Source: an uncultured Actinomycetota bacterium
GTDB lineage: Bacteria; Actinomycetota; Actinomycetes; Mycobacteriales; Mycobacteriaceae
Direction of reading: 5' to 3'
NCBI GenBank assembly: GCA_963818285.1
Contig: CAWFRR010000012.1
Coordinates: 153,271-217,270 of the forward strand
Length of the DNA stretch: 64,000 bases
This document shows, piece by piece, positions 20,360 through 28,949 of the stretch (position 1 is the stretch's first letter; every line of letters begins with the position of its first letter). The notes below the pieces were generated by a model, which searched no databases, was not told the DNA's origin, and saw nothing but the letters and a program-made list of their open reading frames with translations. Position numbers and translations under genes: made by a program.

Positions 20360-21606
20360 CTGAGGGGCCCGACCGACCGGCCCGCCCACAGCTGGAGCGC
20401 CGGCTCGGCACCGGCGATGCCGTCGTCATCGGATTGGGTTCGATGATCGGCGCCGGCATATTCGCAGCCTTGGCGCCCGCGGCAGGCGCAGCCGGATCCG
20501 GCATGCTGATCGGGCTCGCGGGCGCGGCGCTTGTGGCGTATTGCAACGCGACGTCGACCGCGCGCTGTGCCGCGCGTTACCCCGAATCCGGCGGCGCATA
20601 CATCTACGGGCGCAACCAACTCGGCGAGTTCTGGGGGTACCTCGCCGGCTGGGGGTTCGTTGTCGGCAAGACAGCGTCGTGTGCGGCTATGGCGCTGGTC
20701 GTCGGCGCGTATGCATGGCCCGCGCAGAGCCATCTTGTGGCCGTGGCCGCGGTGGTTACGCTGACCGTGATCAACTGCACTGGGATACGCAAGTCGATGC
20801 TCGTGACGCGGCTGATCGTCGCCGTGGTGCTGACAACGCTAACCGCGGTCGCTGTTGTCGCAATGACGTCTTCGCACAACGACTTCGGCCGAATCAGCCC
20901 CGGCTCCGATGCAAGCCCTCATGGCGTACTTCAAGCGACGGGTCTGTTGTTCTTCGCATTCGCCGGTTACGCACGCATAGCGACACTGGGTGAAGAGGTC
21001 CGCGATCCGGCTCGCACCATCCCGCGCGCGATTCCGTTGGCATTGGGCATCGCGCTGGTGGTCTATGCGGTCGTCGCGGTAGCGGTGCTGGGTCTGTTGG
21101 GTAGCTCACGCCTGGCGCAGTCCGGCGCGCCGATTGCCGATGCGATGCGGGCGGCGGGCGCCGCCGGGTTGGAACCGGTCGTGCGGGTAGTGGCAGTACT
21201 TGCCGCACTTGGCTCGTTGCTGTCGTTGATCCTGGGTGTTTCCCGGACAACCTTCGCGATGGCACGCGATCACTATCTGCCACGGCAGCTTTCCGCGGTG
21301 CACCCGGCTTTCAAGACGCCCTATCGCGCCGAGATCGCCGTCGGGGTCGTCGTCGCCGTTCTCGCTGGAACCACCGACGTGCGCGACGCCATCGGGTTTT
21401 CGTCGTTCGCCGTTTTGTTCTACTACGCGATCGCGAACGCCTCGGCGTGGACGCTGGGCGCGCGGATTGTCCCGACGCTCGGAGTCATCGGCTGCGTCGT
21501 GGTTGCCCTGGCCTTGCCCGTGCTGTCAGTGACCGCAGGCGCGGCGGTACTCCTTGCCGGTGCGATCACCTACCTGATGCGCCTCAGATTAGGGGCCCAA
21601 AAGTGA
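20356..21606 (+). CDS. APC-family amino-acid permease
   Basis: IGLGSMIGAGIF, YPESGGAY, FFAFAGY, EEVRDP. ATGA overlap. Confidence 0.9.
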   Translation: MTEGPDRPARPQLERRLGTGDAVVIGLGSMIGAGIFAALAPAAGAAGSGMLIGLAGAALVAYCNATSTARCAARYPESGGAYIYGRNQLGEFWGYLAGWGFVVGKTASCAAMALVVGAYAWPAQSHLVAVAAVVTLTVINCTGIRKSMLVTRLIVAVVLTTLTAVAVVAMTSSHNDFGRISPGSDASPHGVLQATGLLFFAFAGYARIATLGEEVRDPARTIPRAIPLALGIALVVYAVVAVAVLGLLGSSRLAQSGAPIADAMRAAGAAGLEPVVRVVAVLAALGSLLSLILGVSRTTFAMARDHYLPRQLSAVHPAFKTPYRAEIAVGVVVAVLAGTTDVRDAIGFSSFAVLFYYAIANASAWTLGARIVPTLGVIGCVVVALALPVLSVTAGAAVLLAGAITYLMRLRLGAQK

Positions 21607-21610
21607 TGTC

Positions 21611-22828
21611 TCAGAAGAAGAACCCGGCGTGCGGGGCCTGATCCACCGCGAAGAGTCGATCGGCGGCTGCCAGCTGCGCGGGGTCGTCAGCGCGGACCAG
21701 TCCCGCGATCGACAAACTGTGCCACGTCGCACCGCCGAGTAGTACGGCCGCGAGACCCGCCACCCCGACGCGCAGTTGCGGCGGCCGGTCGGTTCGTTCC
21801 GCGCCGTCGCCGGTGATCGCCACGTTGACGGAGTTGACCGGCAGCAGCGGGTCGTCGACCGCGATGGTCACGTCTGCGCCATCCGTGTATTTCCTTGCCG
21901 CCAGGGTCTTCTCGACGTCGACGATCCGTAGCCACGTTTCGTCATGGGTGGCGGTCACCCGTGCGGCCCGCTGATCCAGCAACAGCCATGGCAGTGGGTC
22001 GTCGACTGGGAGCATCCAGAACAGCACGCGATCGATCAGATCGAGCCCGAGCAGGAAGCGCAACAAACCGAGATAGGAGTCGACATCGGGCGCGAAGAGA
22101 TCCTCCACGACGATGGTGCGTTGATCGCTGACGAACCACTTGTCGGTGTCGATCGGGCGGTAGCGGGCGAATCCGTTTTCAGAACCCGGTGCGCCGTGCA
22201 CAGCGACATACCAAGGACCGGGGCCGGATTCCGTGCGCAATCGGACGCCCTGCCACCACACGTCTGGGCGGTCGATCGTTCCCGGACGCGACGGCCGGTT
22301 GTCGGTATAGATCCGCGGCAACTCATCCCACACGTGCGCAGGATCCAGCAGCCGCACCGGGCCGCCGGAAGCCACGCTCGGACGAAACGCCGCCCGTGCG
22401 GTCTGGACTTCGACGCTGTGGGACGTGCTTGCGACGCCGTAGCCGTACCGCTCGTAGATGGTCGCTTCGGACGCTCGAAGCGTCGCGACCGCCTCACCGC
22501 GCGCCGCGACATCGCGCAACTGATGACGAACCAGTTCGGTGGCGATGCCTCGTCGGGTGAATGACGGCAGCACCCCGATGTGCGTCACGGCGGCGTGATC
22601 GACCAGGGCGCCGCCGGGCAGGGTGAGGCTGCTCGTCACGGCATCGGCGGTGCCGACGAGTTGACCGTCGGCGAATGCGCCGATGGTGCGGCCGGGTTCC
22701 AGCATTCGGGTGATCTGCCCCGGGGCGAGATCCGCCAGACGCGGGAAGCCGATCATGGCAGTGCGGAACACGTTGGCCGCGGCAGCGAGGTCGCCTTCGC
22801 TGTCGAGCACGCGGATCTCGGTGGTCAT
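21611..22828 (-). CDS. Eis-family (GNAT-GNAT-SCP2) acetyltransferase
   Basis: VTHIGVLPSFTRRGIA, LRASEATIYERYGYG, WLRIVDV, C-terminal GFFF. Confidence 0.88.
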   Translation of the reverse strand: MTTEIRVLDSEGDLAAAANVFRTAMIGFPRLADLAPGQITRMLEPGRTIGAFADGQLVGTADAVTSSLTLPGGALVDHAAVTHIGVLPSFTRRGIATELVRHQLRDVAARGEAVATLRASEATIYERYGYGVASTSHSVEVQTARAAFRPSVASGGPVRLLDPAHVWDELPRIYTDNRPSRPGTIDRPDVWWQGVRLRTESGPGPWYVAVHGAPGSENGFARYRPIDTDKWFVSDQRTIVVEDLFAPDVDSYLGLLRFLLGLDLIDRVLFWMLPVDDPLPWLLLDQRAARVTATHDETWLRIVDVEKTLAARKYTDGADVTIAVDDPLLPVNSVNVAITGDGAERTDRPPQLRVGVAGLAAVLLGGATWHSLSIAGLVRADDPAQLAAADRLFAVDQAPHAGFFF

Positions 22829-22899
22829 CCCGACATCATGTCTCGCGATCGCCGCGACAGCGAAGACGCCTCGACAGCCGCCATGTGCTCGGCTTCAAG

Positions 22900-23211
22900 C
22901 TAAGCCGACCAATACGGCGGCTGCTGCACGACTTGCTCCAGAAATCCTGATGCGGCTTGCTCGTCGGTTGGGATGTCGTCGCCATGCGCGAAGGGGCAGC
23001 GCAGGTGCTCGCCTTCGACAATCCAAACCGTCTGTACCGGCTCGTAGGCCGTCGCCCCGGGGGGAGGTGACGTCAGGTCCGCGACGAACCCCTGGGCGCC
23101 CGGCCAGGTGAGCCCATCGCTGCAGATCAGCTCACCGTCATAGTTCTCAGCGATGACGTGATAGTGCGGCCCGGTTGCCGCACGCCTATGTCGGCCTAAG
23201 TCTCCCGCCAT
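22900..23211 (-). CDS. Small hypothetical protein (start uncertain)
   Basis: Fills the gap between qcrB and eis with plausible composition (YHVIAENYDGELICSDGLTWPG). No motif recognised. Confidence 0.4.
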   Translation of the reverse strand: MAGDLGRHRRAATGPHYHVIAENYDGELICSDGLTWPGAQGFVADLTSPPPGATAYEPVQTVWIVEGEHLRCPFAHGDDIPTDEQAASGFLEQVVQQPPYWSA

Positions 23212-23239
23212 CCGCCCAGGCTATTAGCAGTGCCTGCGG

Positions 23240-24826
23240 TCAGCGACCCCGCAGCGCGGCGAGCGCACGGCGCTCGTTTGCGTGCTGGGCTGTGGTGAGC
23301 GCGGCATCCTCGTCGGCCGGATCGGCATGCAGGAAGCTGCCGGAGCCGGGGGCGCCGCCCGAGCCGAGCTTGTTCATTTTTGTCGGAACCGGAGCCCCTT
23401 GGTATTCCAGCGGTAAGGGCCCCAGCGGCTGGTGTAGTTCGACGTAGGCGCCGTGCGGAAGACGTTTGATGATGCCGGTTTCGATGCCGTGCTCGAGGAC
23501 GGCGCGGTCGCCACGCTGCAGTCCCACGCACCACCGGTAGGTGACGAAGTAGACGATCACCGGCAGTACGACCATGCCGATCCGCCCGATCCAGGTGGTC
23601 GCATTGAGTGAGATCTGGAACTTCAGCGCGATGATGTCGTTCATCGCCGCCAGCGTCAGGACCAGGTAGAAGGCGATCGCCATGGCGCCGATCGAGGTCC
23701 GCACCGGGACATCGCGCGGGCGCTGCAGCAGGTTGTGGTGAGCGTTGTCGCCGCGGAACCGCCTCTCCAGAAACGGATAGATCGTCAGCAGCACGAACAC
23801 GACGCCCATCATCATCGCCGCGCCAACGGCCGCGGGCACCGTGTGGTGACCGACGTAGATCTCCCACGCCGGCCACAATCGCTGCAGGCCCTCGGTCCAC
23901 ATCATGTAGAAGTCCGGCTGCGATCCCGCCGACACGTGAGATGGCTGGTAAGGGCCCAGGTTCCAGATCGGGTTGATCTGTAGCAGTCCGCCCATCAGGC
24001 CGAGGACGCCGGTGGTCAGCGCGAAGAAGGCGCCGGACTTGACGGCGAAGACCGGCATCACGCGGACGCCGACGACGTTGTTCTCGGTGCGGCCGGGCCC
24101 GGGGAACTGGGTGTGCTTTTGGAACCACACCATCGCCAGGTGGGCGCCGATCAACGCGAGAATGATCGCCGGCAGCACCAGGATGTGCAGCGCGTACAGC
24201 CTCGGAATCAGCGTGGTGCCGGGGAAGTCGCCGCCGAAGAAGGCCCAGTGCAGCCAGGTGCCAATCACCGGGAATCCCAGCATGATTGACGAAAGTGCGC
24301 AGCGCAGACCGATACCGGACAGCAGATCGTCGGGCAGCGAGTAGCCGAAGTAACCCTCGAACATGGCCAGGATCAACAGCAAGGAGCCGATCACCCAATT
24401 GGCTTCGCGCGGCCGACGGAACGCGCCAGTGAAGAAGACGCGGGCCAGGTGCACCATGATCGACGCGGCGAACAGCAGCGCGGCCCAGTGATGGACCTGG
24501 CGGACGAACAGCCCGCCGCGCACCTCGAAGGAGATGTTGAGCGCCGACTCATAGGCGCGCGACATCGGTACACCGCGTAGGGGCTGATAGACGCCCTGGT
24601 AGGCGACTTCGGTCATGGACGGATCGAAGAACAACGTCAGGTAGATCCCGGTGATCAGCAGAACGATGAAGCTGTACAACGCGATTTCGCCCAGCAGGAA
24701 CGACCAGTGCGTAGGGAAGACCTTGTTGAGTTGGCGCCGCAGCGCCGCCGAGGGGTGGTATCGCGCGTCGATGTGGTCGGCCGGGCGCATCGCGGTGTCC
24801 GCCGGTCGGAGGTTCATGGCAACCAT
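23240..24826 (-). CDS. qcrB: Cytochrome bc1 cytochrome b subunit, stand-alone paralog
   Basis: [55 protein letters not shown]. No qcrA or qcrC adjacent. Confidence 0.93.
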   Translation of the reverse strand: MVAMNLRPADTAMRPADHIDARYHPSAALRRQLNKVFPTHWSFLLGEIALYSFIVLLITGIYLTLFFDPSMTEVAYQGVYQPLRGVPMSRAYESALNISFEVRGGLFVRQVHHWAALLFAASIMVHLARVFFTGAFRRPREANWVIGSLLLILAMFEGYFGYSLPDDLLSGIGLRCALSSIMLGFPVIGTWLHWAFFGGDFPGTTLIPRLYALHILVLPAIILALIGAHLAMVWFQKHTQFPGPGRTENNVVGVRVMPVFAVKSGAFFALTTGVLGLMGGLLQINPIWNLGPYQPSHVSAGSQPDFYMMWTEGLQRLWPAWEIYVGHHTVPAAVGAAMMMGVVFVLLTIYPFLERRFRGDNAHHNLLQRPRDVPVRTSIGAMAIAFYLVLTLAAMNDIIALKFQISLNATTWIGRIGMVVLPVIVYFVTYRWCVGLQRGDRAVLEHGIETGIIKRLPHGAYVELHQPLGPLPLEYQGAPVPTKMNKLGSGGAPGSGSFLHADPADEDAALTTAQHANERRALAALRGR

Positions 24827-24869
24827 CCCCTCACGGCTGAAGCCGCAGCTCCGCGGCCAGCCGAGCGTC

Positions 24870-24901
24870 TACTATCGTGCGTAGTACCACAAAGCGTAGT
24901 A
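24870..24901. promoter_or_regulatory. Two overlapping TACYAY-N5-GTAGTA boxes upstream of qcrB (BlaI-like)
   Basis: TACTATcgtgcGTAGTA 24870-24886 and TACCACaaagcGTAGTA 24885-24901. Confidence 0.55.
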
Positions 24902-24929
24902 CCAGTTTCCACGGTCGTAAAGAGGTGAT

Positions 24930-25199
24930 TTAGGCCTTACCGGTGCGTTCGCGGTGCTTGCAGCCCGGCCAACAACACGGCCGTCGCATGCCTTCTTCGA
25001 GCTCTTCCTGGGTGCGGCGGATCCGGCGCTCCCGGGTCACCTGCTGCTTGGCATCGTCGACCCAGCAGATGAATTCGTTGCGCGCCAACGGCGTGATGTC
25101 TTTCCATGCGGCCAACGCGGTGGCGTTGGTCAGCAGCGCTTCGCGCAGGTCCGCGGGAAGTTGGTGCACGACCCCGCCGGGCACCCCGTTGCCACTCAT
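24930..25199 (-). CDS. YdeI/OmpD-associated family protein
   Basis: LPADLREAL...ITPLARNEFICWVDDAKQQVTRERRI...RRPCCWPGC. Confidence 0.8.
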   Translation of the reverse strand: MSGNGVPGGVVHQLPADLREALLTNATALAAWKDITPLARNEFICWVDDAKQQVTRERRIRRTQEELEEGMRRPCCWPGCKHRERTGKA

Positions 25200-25217
25200 G
25201 GCGCCAGGTTAATCCCG

Positions 25218-26126
25218 ATGCCGGACGCTAACGTGGATGTCGTGGCCGGCGGCGATCGGGATCGGGTCTGGGATTTCGCTGTCGCGCCGCCACGTATCGC
25301 CCCCGGGGTGATGTCGATGGTCGGGTATCGCTCGCTGGACAACCCGGGTGAACTGCATCGCGGTATGCCGTCGTCGACCTTGACTTTCATCGTCAGCCTC
25401 GACGACGGGGTCGAGGCGGCCAAGACGGCCGAGGCTCTACCGGCGGCCCGACCGAATCCCCTTTTACTCGGCGGGTTGGATGTAGAGGCTGCGCACGTGC
25501 GCCAGCGCCGAGGTCAGACCGGTGTACAACTCGCGGTGCATCCACTCGCCGCGCGCGCCTTGTTCGGAGCGCCCAGCGCGGAGTTGAACACGGCCGAGTG
25601 GGACGCGAGTGCGGTGTTGGGCCGCAACGGAATTCGACTGCGTAACCGGGTGAGCGAAGCGCGTCACTGGGGCGAGGCGTTCAGCTGGATCGCCGAGTAC
25701 CTGGCCGATGCGTGGCGGCGTCGCGATGATGCCAGAGTGCGCCCCGAAGTGGCGCAGGCGTGGCATCTGTTGCAGCTCAGCGGCGGACGGGCGCCGGTAG
25801 GGGTGTTGGCTGACCGCGTCGGCGTGACCGGACGGCATTTGACGACGCTGTTTCACCGCGAAGTCGGTCGTTCGCCGAAGACGGTCGCGAGGTTGATCCG
25901 ATTCGAACGCGCCACCGCGCAGATCGCCGATTCGGTGCGCCGTTGCGCGACGGCCGATCTAGCCGCTATCGCGGCGAATACCGGGTACAGCGATCAGGCG
26001 CACCTAACCCGTGAATTCGTCCAGTTCGCGGGTGCGCCGCCGCGTCGTTGGATCGCCGAAGAGTTCCGAAACATTCAAGACGGTGGCCACACGCTGCGCG
26101 CAGACTGCGAGCATGATTGCTACTAA
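25218..26126 (+). CDS. AraC-family regulator
   Basis: RHLTTLFHREVGRSPK and GYSDQAHLTREF. Confidence 0.88.
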   Translation: MPDANVDVVAGGDRDRVWDFAVAPPRIAPGVMSMVGYRSLDNPGELHRGMPSSTLTFIVSLDDGVEAAKTAEALPAARPNPLLLGGLDVEAAHVRQRRGQTGVQLAVHPLAARALFGAPSAELNTAEWDASAVLGRNGIRLRNRVSEARHWGEAFSWIAEYLADAWRRRDDARVRPEVAQAWHLLQLSGGRAPVGVLADRVGVTGRHLTTLFHREVGRSPKTVARLIRFERATAQIADSVRRCATADLAAIAANTGYSDQAHLTREFVQFAGAPPRRWIAEEFRNIQDGGHTLRADCEHDCY

Positions 26127-26514
26127 CCCGACCGTATGGCCGACGTTGCAGGCGCATGACGCACCGAAGCTGATCGACTACTACGTCAACACCTTTGGCA
26201 TGGTTCTCGCGGCGCGTTACGGCGAGGGCAGCACGGTCGACCACGCCCAACTCCTCTGGCCTGAAGGAAGCGGCGGCGTCATGCTGGGCAGCTACCGGCC
26301 CGGCGCGCAGTGGTGCCGCGAACCCGGCACGGCCGGCGGATACATCGTCACCGCCGACCCGAATGCCCTGTTTGAGCGCGTGCGCGCCCGTGGCGCCGAC
26401 ATCGTCCGACCGCTGGCCGAAACCGATTACGGTGCCAACGAATTCGCGGTCCGCGATCCCGAAGGCAATCTGTGGTCCTTCGGTGACTACCGCGGCGAGC
26501 CACTGCCCGACTGA
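26113..26514 (+). CDS. VOC/glyoxalase-family protein
   Basis: HAQLLWPEGSGGVMLGS; ETDYGANEFAVRDPEGNLWSFG. Confidence 0.88.
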   Translation: MIATNPTVWPTLQAHDAPKLIDYYVNTFGMVLAARYGEGSTVDHAQLLWPEGSGGVMLGSYRPGAQWCREPGTAGGYIVTADPNALFERVRARGADIVRPLAETDYGANEFAVRDPEGNLWSFGDYRGEPLPD

Positions 26515-26535
26515 GCGCGGATCAAGGAGAGACAC

Positions 26536-26889
26536 ATGCACGCCACGAAGATATTCGCCAATCTGCGAGTCGCGGACATCGAAGCCGCGAAGGGCTTCTA
26601 CACCGGCTACCTCGGGCTGCCGAAAGAAGAGTTCAACCTGGGCTGGGTGGCCAGGTACTCCTCGCCGGATGACCAGGCCAGGCTGCAGCTGGTCACCGGC
26701 GACCTGACCGCGGCAGAGGATTCGGCCATCTCGGTCTGTACCGACGACATCGACGCCGCCTACGCGGAGGCGCAGGAGCTGGGCTACGAGATCGTCCATC
26801 CGCTGACCACAGAAGCCTGGGGACTGCGGCGTTTCTTCGTCCGGGCACCCGACGGCAACGTCGTCAACATCGTGAATCATCACGACTGA
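26536..26889 (+). CDS. VOC/glyoxalase-family protein
   Basis: VADIEAAKGFY; EAWGLRRFFVRAPDGNVV. AAGGAG RBS. Confidence 0.88.
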   Translation: MHATKIFANLRVADIEAAKGFYTGYLGLPKEEFNLGWVARYSSPDDQARLQLVTGDLTAAEDSAISVCTDDIDAAYAEAQELGYEIVHPLTTEAWGLRRFFVRAPDGNVVNIVNHHD

Positions 26890-26933
26890 AATTCGATGTT
26901 TTGGACATGTGTGGAAGGGGTAAAAATCTCTTC

Positions 26934-27260
26934 ATGTCGAAACTCAGTGTCATGAAATCGTTTGTTATTGGTGGGGCTGTTGCCGCAGCAATGGCTGTGA
27001 TGCCTGTGGCGGCAGCCGAAGCGAGTGCGGGTCCGACCGGCTCGGCCCCCACTCACAGCATTTTCAAGCAGGACCCGGGCGGCAGTGGCTGTGACGCCAA
27101 CGGAACCTGTGGCTCCGGTGGTCAAAACGGCGGCCCCGGTGGCGGCCCCGGTGGCCAGGGTTGCGTCCCCGGCGTCGGCTGCGGCTCCGGCGGACAGTTC
27201 GCAGGTCCGGGCGGCGTTCCGGGCGGGTGCCTTGCGGGCGTCGGCTGCGGCCACGGCTAA
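26934..27260 (+). CDS. Small secreted Gly/Cys-rich protein
   Basis: Signal peptide ending AEASA; three CxxxxxC units within Gly/Pro repeats. Confidence 0.7.
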   Translation: MSKLSVMKSFVIGGAVAAAMAVMPVAAAEASAGPTGSAPTHSIFKQDPGGSGCDANGTCGSGGQNGGPGGGPGGQGCVPGVGCGSGGQFAGPGGVPGGCLAGVGCGHG

Positions 27261-27323
27261 ACCGCCCGAGTCAATTACTCAACTCATGCGGCCTGGGTCA
27301 GCCCAGGCCGCATGACCGGTTTG

Positions 27324-27906
27324 CTACTCGCCTTTTAGGCTGCCGATGCCCAGCGAGTAGTCGGTGCGTGGCGGTCGCTTGCCGGCCTGTTGCTCTTCGA
27401 CGTATCCCGCAGGATCGCGGTCGACGATCGATAGTCCGCGGGTGGTCGGATGCTCGGCCATGAACTCTCGGTACTGGCCTCCGAGTGACTCGCGAAGCCC
27501 GATCGGAGCGTTGCGCCGAAAGTCGGCTAAGCCTTCCCGTTCTTCCTCGGCCATGTGATCGTCGTTGGCCAGCTCGCGTTCGACCGACTGCAGCCCACCA
27601 CTCGTCGGTGGCGATGCCGGCGGCGTTCGCGTCGCGCACACCATCACGGATGTCGTTGTGGTCGCCGATTGCATCGAGCGTTTCGCCCTCGGCGTCGGCG
27701 CTGCCACGCTGGAGTAGCTGCGGGTAAAAAATCTTCTCTTCGATCAGGGCGTGCACGTCGAGTTTGTCGGCGAGCGGACGCCACACGCTCATCAGCGCCC
27801 GCTGATCGGGCGGCGTCTGTGCCTGCAGCTCGTCCAGCTTGGCGAACTGTTTACGAAACCAGTCGTGGTCATCCAGGATTAACGCGGTGATGTCAGCCAT
27901 CCCCAC
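27324..27906 (-). CDS. Hemerythrin-domain protein (frameshift near 27590)
   Basis: DDHDWFR, HALIEEKIFYP, DHNDIRD, DHMAEEE. Confidence 0.8.
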
Positions 27907-27941
27907 CAGTAAATCAGTAGTGCGGTGAGCGCGCTCCGGAC

Positions 27942-27972
27942 TTGCACCTCACGTGACGTCAGGTCGTAGGTT
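27942..27972 (+). promoter_or_regulatory. MerR/TipA-type promoter-operator
   Basis: -35 TTGCAC (27942-27947), 19-bp spacer containing the dyad ACCTCACGTGACGTCAGGT, -10 TAGGTT (27967-27972). ATG follows at 27980, so probably leaderless. Confidence 0.8.
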
Positions 27973-27979
27973 CACGGCG

Positions 27980-28933
27980 ATGACGGAATCAGGATCGGAA
28001 ATCGGTAGCGGACACCTGGAGTGGAGTGTCGGCGAACTCGCCGATGCCGCCGGCGTCACCGTCCGGACGCTTCACCATTACGACCAGGTCGGGTTGCTCA
28101 CACCGGCGGCGCGAACGGGTGCGGGCCATCGGCGGTACCGGGCCGAGCAGGCGGAGAGGCTCTACGAGATCACCGCGATGCGGAGCCTCGGCTTCGACCT
28201 CGAAGAGATCCGCAGGGCACTGGACGGCGGCGAGGACCTCCCGGCCGTCGTCCGGCTCCATCTCCACCAGGTGCGGGACCGTTTGCGGGAGACTTCGGAG
28301 CTGAATCACCGGCTCGAGCGCCTGCTGGCGGCGCTCGACTCCTCCGGCTACCCGTCGACCGACGAGATCATCCAGGCAACGGAGGCGACAGTGAACGTGA
28401 ATCTGACGAAGATCTACACCCGCCACGGCGACCGCGGCGAGACCTCGACCGGCGGCCGGGCCCGGGTCCCGAAGGACGACCCGAGAATCGAAGCCGGCGG
28501 TGACGTCGACGAGCTCAACGCCCAACTCGGGGTGGTTCTCACCCATCTTCGGGAGCAGCCCTTCGCCCGGTGGCTCGGGGAGATCCAGAACGAACTCTTC
28601 GATCTCGGCGCCGATCTCTCCCGCCCGGCGGACGGCGAGGGGCTCCGGATCGGCGACGGCTACGTCGAGCGGCTGGAGAGGCGTTGCGACGAAGTCAACG
28701 CGCAACTTTCGCCGCCCGCGTCGTTCGTTCTGCCCGGGGGCGGCTTGGCCTCGGCGGAGCTCCACGTCGCCCGCACCGTCTGTCGCCGGGCCGAGCGGCG
28801 AGCGGTATCCGTCGATGATCTGAGCCCGCAGATCATCCGTTACCTCAACCGCCTGTCCGACCTGCTGTTCATCCTCGCCCGAGCCGTCGCCGTCGAGCAG
28901 CAGACCTGGGTTCCGGGCTCCACCGCGGGTTGA
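27980..28933 (+). CDS. MerR (TipA-like) regulator fused to PduO-type cob(I)alamin adenosyltransferase
   Basis: N-terminal WSVGELADAAGVTVRTLHHYDQVGLL...GHRRY. C-terminal TKIYTRHGDRGET, GDVDELN, IQNELFDLGADL, FVLPGG, ARTVCRRAER, YLNRLSDLLF. Confidence 0.85.
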   Translation: MTESGSEIGSGHLEWSVGELADAAGVTVRTLHHYDQVGLLTPAARTGAGHRRYRAEQAERLYEITAMRSLGFDLEEIRRALDGGEDLPAVVRLHLHQVRDRLRETSELNHRLERLLAALDSSGYPSTDEIIQATEATVNVNLTKIYTRHGDRGETSTGGRARVPKDDPRIEAGGDVDELNAQLGVVLTHLREQPFARWLGEIQNELFDLGADLSRPADGEGLRIGDGYVERLERRCDEVNAQLSPPASFVLPGGGLASAELHVARTVCRRAERRAVSVDDLSPQIIRYLNRLSDLLFILARAVAVEQQTWVPGSTAG

Positions 28934-28949
28934 GACAGCGCTTGCAAGC

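Noticed and set aside
27070-27260. Gly-rich repeats as PE_PGRS fragment, VNTR or CRISPR
   Set aside because: There is no PE domain and no constant repeat-spacer structure; the repeats are explained by the small secreted protein.
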